From Perna viridis (lineage: Eukaryota): 64,000 nucleotides of DNA. Positions 53,060 through 64,000 of the stretch are shown here, piece after piece (the first letter of the stretch is position 1; each line of letters starts with the position of its first letter). The notes under the pieces were generated by a model. That model saw only the letters and a list, made by a program, of their open reading frames with translations. It was not told the origin of the DNA and did not search any database. A program made the position numbers and the translations under genes. The DNA lies in contig CM074512.1 in NCBI GenBank assembly GCA_037379345.1, positions 61,897,597 to 61,961,596 of the forward strand, given 5' to 3'.

Positions 53060-56000
53060 ATGCCGGTTAGAAAACAAGGTGTGTTTTCTGAAAACATTGC
53101 ACATTTGTTTTATATATATTATTAAGTCTCGGTTTATGCGAGAAAATGTGCAGGAGGATTAGTGGCTAGTGAATTGCATCCTTGACACATTTATTAAGCA
53201 CTTTTTTCACATAAACGCATGTACCTTACTCCTACTCCTTCAAATGTTCCGTGCAGGCCCGGGTGTCTAAAGAATAGGCCTGCAGCAGCACTAAGCTTGT
53301 CATAAAAGGTGATTAAATAGTGCTCAGAAATCTAGCCGGGGGTTAGGCACTCTGCCCACAGAGCAACTGGGTTGTGTGCCCCAGGTGGTGGAATGGGGTA
53401 CTCCTGGCGTGTTCCATGCTGGGAATATCAGGCTATAAAACGGAAAACCTGTCCGCAAACCATTGTGGTGCACTGTGTTGGGAAAATGCCACGTTCCTTG
53501 CACGTTAAAGAACCCTGCTGTGGTATTCGATATGAGTAGGAACCTTTGTGCTCTGCCACAGGAGGCTAAATTGCCCGACCTTACCCATCCCTCCCTTTTT
53601 CTAGTGGCAATCCAAGTTTGTCAACCCTATTGTCCTTGTGTCCCTTCCTATTTTTTATTTCATCAACATTTCATGTTCATCGTCTGAATATAGCTGAAAT
53701 ATTGCGGCTTGAACGTTAAACCCCAACGATCAATCAATCAATACTCCTTCAAATTATACTATAGGTTTGGATTTTTTTTACCTCCACACTCCAACCTCTT
53801 ACTTTTTGAGTGCAAACTGTACCCTTGAGCAGTCATTCCAAAGGTTTTTGTAGTAATGGTTGCGGAATTACTGCACCAAATCAGTTTTTACTGACCAAAA
53901 TATAAAACATTTTTTGTTCAACTTTTATTTTAATAATTGATTGCAAGAATAAACGTGTCAATATCCTATACCAGCAGAACTCAATACCAATGTCTTTAGA
54001 AAAGAGTAATTCTTTTGATTGGATAAGTATTTAGATTCGTCTTTTATTTCTTCCTCTGTGGCTGTCATTTTGTGTTATAGATGAAGTGTTCGATGGAAAC
54101 TAAATGCATTTTTGCCTAGCTTCCAAAAACGCAACTCTGGGACGTTTGGAAAAATCTGTTTACAGTTTATTTACTTGAAAACTAAAAATAGCAAGAAGAT
54201 TTTCCACGAATTTGTCTTGTATTTTTACAGTCATAGTTGCTATCGAAATATGACAAATTGTCAACCGGACATTTGGTCCTATGCTTTGCGCATTTTTACT
54301 GGTCCAAATCAATTTTCATGGGACTTTTGGCAATGTTTGAAGGACCTTTGGAATGACTGCTTGGCCATCCTTTAAACTTTGGAGAATTAAGCTTAATGAA
54401 TTACCCTTTAAAGCTAATTCCACAACCCATTTGTAAAAAACTGGACAAATAAAAAAATTGGCTTACTGGTACCTCTTAAGAAAGTACAGTATTCCTGAAA
54501 ATCCATTGCAAAAGTGGCTTTTATATAAAAAAAAGGCAACATTTAGACAAACATTTTCCCTACTTTTTGAAAAATTAAGGTATTCCTGAAAATCTGTATT
54601 ATCCATTGCAAAAGCAGCTTACACTGTATTGACATGTACATAACTAAACTTTATGTTTTGAGTCCGAATTATAAGTAGATTCTTCTGTGAAAATAATGCA
54701 TATAATTTAAATGTGAAAAAAAACAATTTAATGAACTATTCTGTTATGTATACTTGTACCCTCATCAGTGATAATTTATCATTATAATTTTATTTGGTCA
54801 AAAATTATTTTGCATTTTGGAAAATGAATGGCTTAATCCAAAATTGGTTGTCATTACTAGTACATATACATGTAGGTTAAATTTTCCATATGTAAATAGA
54901 AGACATAAAAAAGAAATAATATAACACTTGTTTAGCATAAACAAATTTGTGGTGACTTCAAACATGTTAGGATAACACCAAGTAAGAACAACCTCTAGCC
55001 ATACTGGAGTATTTGATAATTAGAATGCCTAGTGCCTGTGTACTAACTGAAAGCTTCAGTGTCATTAGTAATGATTACTGGTACAATATTCATATGTACT
55101 ACTGCATTTTTCATTTGATATTATATGTGAATAATGAAAAATATTTAGATATTTCTACGCTACCATTTCTACAAGTGAAAAAAATTCTAGCGTCTTTCAT
55201 TTACATGACAACAAAATGTACACAATTGTGTGTTTGTGCACCATAAATCATTTTGCTTTTTTATTTTGTATTTTAGATGCCCATAGAGCTTTAGAACTTT
55301 TAGAAGATTACCATTCCAGACTGAGCCAGCCACATGATACACAGCTAAAGGTTGCCATTGAGAAAGTTATCAGGATTTTTAAAAGTCGTCTTTTTCAAGC
55401 ACTTCTTGGTAAGCATTGTAAACTTATCAAACTAAGTACATTGTCAAATATGCATATCTTTATTCAACATTTATATATTTAAGTTTACTATATAACATAT
55501 TTGTGGGTATTAGTTAATGAGGTTTTGCAATTAACTTGTAATTAATGTTTCATACATGTACTGTAGTATTAAGAATTTTTTTGGATGCTTAGTTTTTTTT
55601 TTTTGCTTATTTGTCCACAGTGAAAATCTGTACATTTTTGTAGATTTACAAATACACAGTACAATCCAATTCCACATGCAAAAATACAATGAATTTTTAA
55701 CCTGATTTTCCAAGGAAAAAATGGTTATTAGTTAGGGGATGTAGGACTGTTGTCGTGTTTGAACTGCAACCATTACATTTTGCATACATGTATTTTCTAA
55801 CTGGATAAAAGTTTGTTTTAAAGATTATTGAAATTCCATGTCCATTAGAAAAGGAGTCATTACGAGGAAATGCAACGACACCAGCATCTTCAACAAATAG
55901 TGTTTAAATTCAATTAGTTTCAGACTTCTTTTTGGTGCATTTAGAAATGAACATATATCCTCACAAGAACACGCAATAAAACTTCCTGCAATTAATCATT

Positions 56001-58784
56001 CACAGTTCTAATTTCAATGTGGAAAAACATGGTTTGCAGTCAGTTTGACTGACTTTTGTGTACATAGATCTGATGGTATATACAATCAATGTAATCAAAT
56101 TATAATTTGAACTGAGTGTTGTTTTTGGTGCATATAAAAATGTATAGAGCTTCTCACTATGTTTAAGACTTTACTACATGTAAGTGAAACAGCCATTGCA
56201 ATGATTGTCAAAACAGATATTTTGAAATAGAATACATGTAGGAATTAACACAATTATAATATTTGGAGTATGAACATGTATTTTATTTTTTTTTGCAGAT
56301 ATTCAAGAATTTTATGAGTTTACTTTGTTAGATGACACTAAATCTACACAACAGAAAACCTTGGAGACTCTACAGATAGCTAACAAATGGGAGAGAGAAC
56401 CACCTATTACAAATGTTCATCCTAAATTTGAAGTATGCTATTGAAAGTTTTCTTTATATGATCATCATCATTAGAGTTTGTCAAAAATTCAAGAGTTACT
56501 TAGAAATGATTAAGGACTCTTCTTACATCTAAGCTTCAGACTTCAGTTTTCTCTTCTTTTTATACAACCCAAAAAATACTACGGTTTTACAGTGTTATGG
56601 CATTGTCGTTGTTAACATTGTCCATAGACATTTTTGTTCCGAAGCACTGGCTTAAGTATAAGTGTACTTATCTCTATAAAGTTGTACTATAAGGTTTCAT
56701 AGTCATACCAAAAATGAATTGTCTAGTGATTTTGTTCCTTGTTTTAAAAGCAGCCCACCCTTTATTTTTGGGGAAATTTTTGCAGTATTTTTCAACACAT
56801 TGGGAAATATGGTACGGGGGACAGAAACACATCATATGTCAATCAGGAATTAAAAACCAATACAGAAATGACAAATACGTACTTCCAATATTCATTAGGT
56901 TACGACCTGCCAAAAAAAAATTCTCCAGAGGTGAACAAAGTACTGGGCCAAGAAGTCACGTCCTTAGGAATATTTCACTGGCTTCTTTACCTGTTCTTTT
57001 TTTTTTTTTAAATTGTGCCTGACAATTTGGCATTTTCCTTCCTTTGGTGAAAGTATTTTTCAACATTTCGGGAAAAGTCTCAAGGGTAAAAAAGTCACTG
57101 TTGTTTGGATTATTATTATTTTTTTTTTGTTATCACCTTAACCATTTAGGAATTAACATGGGTCAAAACAAGCAGATTGGGATTGATTTTGCGTGTTATT
57201 ATCCTATCTGTTAATTAAGAAGTGCCATGATTATAACCAGGGGCTGCTCTGGCTTCCACAATTCTGTCGCCAGAAAAATCGCCAGCTGCCATATTTTGTC
57301 GCCAGTTTTCGGAAGTTAGAGCCAAAGGGTGCCAAAAAAAATTATACTTTTTTTTTTAAAAAAGACAGTATTAAGTTCACTGATAAATTATCTTTGTCAA
57401 TTCATCATAATAACCTCTCCATTCCTGACATACATGTACCCAAGATTCACTCTTGATGCATGTATAAAGCACATTTTTAGCTCTAGTCTGTCACTTGCAT
57501 ATACATAAAATAATAAAGGACTACTCCAGAAACAGGTATTTTACTTCTATCAAAGACTTTATATTACTAATTCTCTTACAGTCCCTGATTTTAAAACATG
57601 TTCACCTTTGTCCTTTATGGTCTAATTTATCCAATACAATATAATTTATTTTTTTACTATTATTATTTTTAACAAATCTGATTCTTTTTTTTTCAAGTGA
57701 TAAAATTTCTATCAAACTACATGGACCATTAATTGTATCCCTGTTTAATTATCTTGATATCTTAATAGCATTTCCTTTATTAGATTTCGGAAATCCCCAT
57801 TCTATTTGTTTACCAATTTTCCCCGCCAAAAAAGTCACATGGCAAAAGTGTAAACAAATGTCATCCTTTTTCTTTTATCAATTCTTTCATTTCGAAGTAT
57901 TTAGACACTTCCTGGTGGGATAATCATTGATAATTGGATTTAATTTATTCTGTTATTAGATAAGTCTGTTTCGGAATGTATTACATGGTTAATAGGGCTG
58001 TGAAACTTGTGTGTAGCCACGTGCACATGGCCTTAATTGTGTTTACCATTTGACCAGATGATGAGAGTTTTGATTGGCTCAATAATATATTTACATATGA
58101 TAGACACCTCCCATGAGGATATTGTCAGTCACGGTCGTCTGGTCTAATTACCTTTAATTGCCTTCAGCCGTAAATTGGTCAAAGTCAGTTAACTCTGACC
58201 AAGTGTCAACACAAATGTTTAATTAAAGAATATCCGTTGCTGATAAACTTCCCCTCAATTTTAATATACAAAACCTAGGCACCAAGAAAATCGCCAACTG
58301 GCTATTTTTGTCGCCAGATAAAATAAAAATTAACAAATTGCCACATTGCCGAAGCCCAGCGTGACCCCTGATAACATAAAAATTATTCAGGGCATGACTT
58401 AAGGGGTAAACAGTGTCATTTCATACTTCAATGTACATGTACGTAGTGTAAGAATGAAAAAAAGTAAACCAGATATGGTATCAAACTCTATACCATGTTG
58501 ATGTATGACATTAACATACTTTATTGGTACCTTAAATGCATCATATACTTCCTAGATATATAAGCTGATGTGAAGAATTCCACATTCCCTGAGGAATTTT
58601 TGAAAAAATCTATGATGTAAAGTATTCAAATATTTGTTTTCAGAAGACAGTGTCCCCTCCAGATGAAGAGTTACCTCCCCCTCCACCAGAGTTGCGTGAC
58701 AAACAGATGGAGTCAAAGTCAATCCCTCCAGTGAAAGTTCCCTCATTCAACGATGATGATGTTGACAGCAACCTGCCTCCACCA
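53060..58784 (+). CDS. dlg1: Disks large homolog 1 (Dlg/SAP97), 5' partial: L27 domain plus a proline-rich exon; continues beyond the window
   Basis: Exons 53060-53078 (MPVRKQ), 55277-55408 ([16 protein letters not shown]...[21 protein letters not shown]), 56299-56432 ([16 protein letters not shown]...KWE), 58644-58784 ([17 protein letters not shown]...LPPP). GT-AG boundaries with consistent phases. The N-terminus is near-identical to the SAP97-beta/DlgS97 L27 region. Confidence 0.95.
53246..53741 (+). mobile_element. SINE-like non-autonomous retroposon (family A), full length, in dlg1 intron 1
   Basis: 13-bp TSD TACTCCTTCAAAT (53233-53245 / 53742-53754) and a (CAAT)n tail. Confidence 0.85.
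56775..56900 (+). repeat. Dispersed repeat with an inverted partner at 62815-62930
   Basis: tttttgcagtattttcaacaca.tgg.aaatatggta.ggggga...attaaaaaccaatacaga..tgacaaata.gtact.cca matches the reverse complement of 62815-62930. Confidence 0.8.
57238..58370. mobile_element. CAGGGG-ended non-autonomous DNA transposon with 5-bp TSD (hAT5-like)
   Basis: ATAAC|CAGGGGCTGCTCTGGCTTC ... GAAGCCCAGCGTGACCCCTG|ATAAC, with TCGCCA subterminal repeats at both ends. Confidence 0.6.
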
Positions 58785-60305
58785 GTATGTTAATATTTTA
58801 AATTATTGATTCTGTGTATTCCTTTCTTTTTGTCAAGAGTTTAGACATCCAAAGCTGGGAGTCGGTATCAAAATCAAACTGATAATCAGCAAAAGATCAT
58901 GACTACTATTTTATTGTTGACATTTTATTATTTATCTGAATTTTTTAACCAACCTTATCATTGAAGTGTGGAATAAACCATAACACTTGTCAAATGGTTG
59001 TATAACAGTATTGAGTAACTAGCTAATACATCTTAAAATTTTGTAATTTATCTGAGTTGTGTTACGTCAAATTTGAACACCAAATATGAAATGTTGATGT
59101 TCACCTGAATTATTATTTTTTTTACAATTTATATTTATGTGAGGTCTGAGACGGAGGTCATGAAGCGACCTCTGAAAATAGGAAATTTCAACCTTTCAGT
59201 TGGAGGTTCACTTTTTTGTAATTAAGGGATCAAAGCCAGCCTAATTATGATAATAACAGCTTTCAAAGTTTTTGAGAATTAAAGGTTTCCAATGAAGAGA
59301 TCCAAAGCTAATTTTCCATTGTCCCCTTTCTAAGCTTAACAAATTCTTTTGTACATGTATGTACCAAAGGCAAAGTGAAATGTAACCAGTGGCTTCCCTA
59401 ACCAAAATTTTAAATAAATGTCTTATCATGAAATTTGTCACATGGCATCATGTTGGTTGAAACAGCTTTGTGGAAGGAAGCTGGAGGTTAGTGTCAAAAG
59501 ACAACCTACATTAAGTCACTAAATCAGAAAAATAGACAACAGATGTAGAAATATGGTTATCAGATTTGGCATTGACTTCTGAAATCTTCATTTTTGTTAC
59601 AGGATTGTGTTCTGAAATAGGTGCACAAAAATGAGCTTCGTTGGATTATAACCTCTCCCACCTAAAAAAATCTACCAACATTGAGAATAGGGTATATAGG
59701 ATTCTTCCTGTTTGTTCATCTGTCTGTTCATCTCTCCACATATCTCCTAAACCTTTAAATGCAATTTACAGACATTTTATAGGAAGACTAGACATCATTT
59801 AAAATGATAATAGACTTGCATGGCAAAATATTGTTATTGGCCTATACCTACAAAGGGAGCTGAGGTAATGCAACTTAAGGGTTTTACATGTTAATACTTT
59901 GAAACTTCAACTCCTCATAAACTTTTGAATTTATTTTCATGAAATTTATGTGAAGGTTCAGCATCAGTTGTGCATGAAGGAAGATACATGTAACTAATAT
60001 TTGGTTACTGCTAGGGGAGTTTTTTCATCTTAATGGTTTGACATAGTGAAGTATTTCTTTTTTGGGGGGAAATATATACATGTATCACTGATTTGGAAAA
60101 TTAGTATTGTGAGCTTATATGCATAGTACTGAATTGAGATGATTATGTGCATGTAGTATGTTGCATCAGGACTCACTCTATTGGGTAACTTAAGTAAAAT
60201 TGTTGCCGTGATGTTGCCCACAACTAGAAGTAGCCTTATCATTTTCAGACATCATCAAAAGATTGGGACTGTTTTCCATCTTTTATCAATATTTTTGATC
60301 ACAAT

Positions 60306-61054
60306 CAGGGTTCTTGATAAGTGCCGGCAACTGGCGATTTTACCATCTACTTTGACATTAGCGCCAGCTATTTTGTTGCTAAAAAAATGTTTGGTTATTT
60401 CACGTTTCATACCTAAAAAATTGTGTCTTAAACCTTCAATCATGGTGTTCATTGTAATGCAGTTTCCTTGATATATTCATTTTTTTGTCGTGATCGGCAG
60501 TAGGAATAAACTGAATAAACAAACTTTAATCGTGGTTAATTTGGCGCTTTTCTAATGAACGTATTACTTTTTTTCAAACGCAGTACTGATTCCATGTTAT
60601 GGATTCCATACATGGGAAGTTTTCGAATCAATTCATCATTTCTGGCCATCATTGACCAAAGCATGTCGCAGTGCAAGTACAGAAAAATATCATCTTATTT
60701 TACTAAAAAAGTGATAGATGGTGTGTATAAACAAATATCAACATCTTTCAATGACTTTACATTATCGTTTAGGTGCGATCAGGCCGAACTCTTTTGCTTC
60801 ACTAAAAAAAAATAACAAATTTTCAAATTTGAAGAAAATGAGCTTGCAAAAATGAGAATATTTGAATCAAGAATAAGTGACTAAAATTTGCTCAGAACAG
60901 CCTTGAACTCTACATTTTCAAAATTTTCCGGAGGGAACCCCCTCTCCGGCTCTCCCCCCTCATGCCTTTGTCGCTAGATTCGGGCCTAAGGCCCTCAATG
61001 GTGTCACCTACTTTAATTTTTTTCCACCTACTTTTAAACTTATTGAGAACCCTG
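60306..61054. mobile_element. CAGGG-ended non-autonomous DNA transposon with 6-bp TSD (hAT6-like)
   Basis: CACAAT|CAGGGTTCTTGATAAG ... CTTATTGAGAACCCTG|CACAAT. Confidence 0.75.
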
Positions 61055-64000
61055 CACAATAACTTTTAATATCTAATAAAACCTGTAATTGTGCCATGGT
61101 GTACAGAACTGAATAATGAATTCATCTCACAGAATATTTTTTGAGGAATATGCGTCATAACTTTTTATCACATTTGTGAATATTATTTTGTAAACAAAAA
61201 AATTTGGTTTGTTGAATTCTCAAACATTTTATCAAAGGTTTATGGTCTGTCTACCTTGACTGTAAAGCATTTAATTTAGCTTTTTGCAACAATGATATTA
61301 TACAGAGTCACGTTTATTATAAAAAAAAACATAAAATTAAGACTCTATGTAAAGCTAATTTCTGTGAAATACATGTATCCATCAATATGTTCCAATTACA
61401 CAGTTCATAAAATGCGAATCTGAAGGTAAAATTAATTGGGTTTTTTATAAGAAATAGATTACTCCATGATTTGTGAATAATAATTTGTAAATCATTGTTT
61501 TATTTGAAATTACATGAACAAAATACTACACTGACTTGAAATAAAACTGATGAGGCTTAGAACTGTAGGAAACAACATATTGAATTCTGCATTTTCTCCA
61601 TTTAATGTTGTTTTTAAGTTTTTGGTCATCTTTACACTCTTATTCAGTGCTTTAGGATTTCTGAAATCTTAGGTTTTCACAGGCATACTCCAAGTAAAAA
61701 TTTAACTTACCTACAATTAAAGTTCACTTTCTGTATTTACAAATCTTTTTAGAAATCAAGTTTTCTACTTCGCACAGGGAAAGTGGTATGTAACATTCCC
61801 ACACCATTGGGAAAGTGATATGTGACTTTCCCACATCAAAAATTGTACAGTGAAACCAGACTTAACTGAACTTATTGGACTTGAAAAAACAGGTGTTTGA
61901 TTTACCTGGGTTAAAAATAGGTTACAATTTATCAAAAAGAATTTTAAAAGTGTCTTGTTTAGACAGGTTTTGGGATTATTCAGGGTTTGGTTCAGACTAT
62001 TTTCATACATTACATGTAGGTCACATAACAATTAGAAAAAAATTAAAGGTAATATAAAAAACTGAGAAATTGAGAAACCATGGTTTGAAGCTTTGCTGGC
62101 ATGTAATTTTTCCTAAATAAATAGGCACATGTAGCCTGGTACATTCCTGAAGATATGTACATGTAAGTTCAGCTCATAAACCTAATTCTAAAGTCACAGA
62201 GTTGCTTGGTCCCATCAGTTCTTGGTCCAAGGTCTCACTAGTTCTGTTTCGACTTCATAATTTGTTACGCATTCGAACCTCTTTTCTGCCATATAAAACA
62301 ATTTCTATTTTAACCTTATGTCATAGGTTTTTGGTAGGAACTTCCCTACTGTTTCTGAACAATTCACAGAATATAGTCCATATATAATTTCTTTTATATC
62401 AATTAAAATGATTTGTGGTAGGTTTAGGCTGAAAATTCTGTTTTCTGTGCAAAATATGGAGTAATTAACTTTTTACATTAGAAATTTGCTTTTACCTTAA
62501 AATCTCCATCATGAGACAGTGTCAGGAGGGGAGAACCTCCCACATGAACTGTTACAAAGTAACTGAAATAAGTATAACAATTAACATTCAGTTTCAACAT
62601 TTAAGTAAAAAAGTAGTTCTAAATGGGAATTACAGTTTTTTTTTACATCATGTTACCTTTTGGTCTTGTGATATTGTGTGTATAGTACTATTTTCATAAG
62701 AATCAAAAACCTCAAGTGCTAACAGCACTTTGATTTGAATTCTCTACAATAAGGTTCATTTGGGGACTTATACTTGTATCAGTTACATGGTTCTAATAAG
62801 AAAAATGTAGATAAAATAGGATATGGGAGTACATATTTGTCAGCTCTGTATTGGTTTTTAATTACTGATTTATATAATATACGTCCCCCATACCATATTT
62901 TACCAGTGTGTTGAAAAATACTGCAAAAAGTTATCCAAACAAATGGGTTAATGTTTCTTAACTTGATGATATGAATACATGTACTGAGTGCAAGGTAATT
63001 GATCAAATACATGCATGGCCTTCCCGGTAGGAATCAAACTACCCTTTATCTATCTGCCTGTCAGAAGTATTTAATGAATTTTGAAGGAATGCTTTTAGAA
63101 GAATATACCTCATATGTAGATGTGCATGAAGGAAATTTTGAGGACTGCTAACATATATAATCCAAGTTCAGGGTTTAACATGATTAAAATGATTAAATCC
63201 ATTTGAAATGAAGTTTTTTTTTTGTTTTTTTTCTTGTGAGCATGCTTTCTGTACTTACAGTTTACATATTTGAAATCATGTATTTGGTGAAATTTAAAGA
63301 CATTGTAGTAATTTAAAAGTACACATTTTATTTGAAATCACAATGTTTTTAGAAAAAATTTCAGCAATACTTGGTGAAATATTCGATTTTAGCTTTTTTC
63401 TACTTCATTTTTTGGCATTTTGCCTTTATTTTAGGTGTCTTCTATTTCTTCTCTCTTTGAGTTCATGCATAGTACTAAGCTTTACATCCCTGCATGTGGC
63501 AGTTCTCTTTGTAAAGTCTGAAAATTGATTAAATTTACTTGTTTGAATAAAGTTGTATGAACTTGCACAAAAAAAGTAGTATGTCTGCAGCTTGAAACAT
63601 AACATAGGAAATGTTACAATGATAGCATTAAAAGAAATCAATTATAGTATTTCATATTTGATACATATTGTCCCTTTGAATAGCTGGTCTGCTCGTGTAC
63701 AGTGTTCTGCTGTCTTTGATAAAGATGTCTGTAAACAATCAATCCTTCTTTGAATCTGTTTCTATAATATTGTCTACTGACTAATTAGTTGGTACTTCCA
63801 TTTCTTGTGTAAGGAAAATGGGAAGAAATGGTTATCTAAAGATTAGGCCAAAAACAAAATTTATTTCCTGTAACAAAGGCAAAAAACTCAAGGTCTAAAG
63901 GTTGGGATATTTAAAAAAAATTAATTTTTTTGGACAAATATCAGAATGGTTACATTGTTTAAAGAATGATCAGTATAGTCTTGTAGATATAACTGGTTTA

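Overview
AT-rich, intron-containing animal genomic DNA. The repeat landscape (Naiad-type Penelope elements, Helentron/HINE-like satellite carriers, Kolobok- and hAT-like elements, SINEs with (AATC)n tails) suggests a bivalve mollusc; this is inference. I rebuilt four genes by hand from GT-AG boundaries and reading phase. (1) A canonical 8-exon mannose-6-phosphate isomerase (MPI) on the minus strand, 5862-21813, 428 aa. (2) A tandem, diverged MPI paralog directly upstream, minus strand, 26732-33414, ~417 aa. It keeps the same introns and the zinc ligands but has altered substrate-pocket motifs. (3) A 2-coding-exon TMEM126-family gene, minus strand, 42071-44631, 243 aa. (4) The 5' part of discs large 1 (dlg1: L27 domain plus a proline-rich exon), plus strand, from 53060 and running off the window. 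The rest is dense, often nested transposon debris. The most interesting observations are the altered MPI paralog, two repeat-borne RNA structures that show compensatory base changes between copies (a tRNA-less SINE-like element and the Naiad 3' end), a tRNA-SINE with Penelope-like inverted/tandem insertion geometry, and a tandem amplification of an MPI exon end and splice donor.
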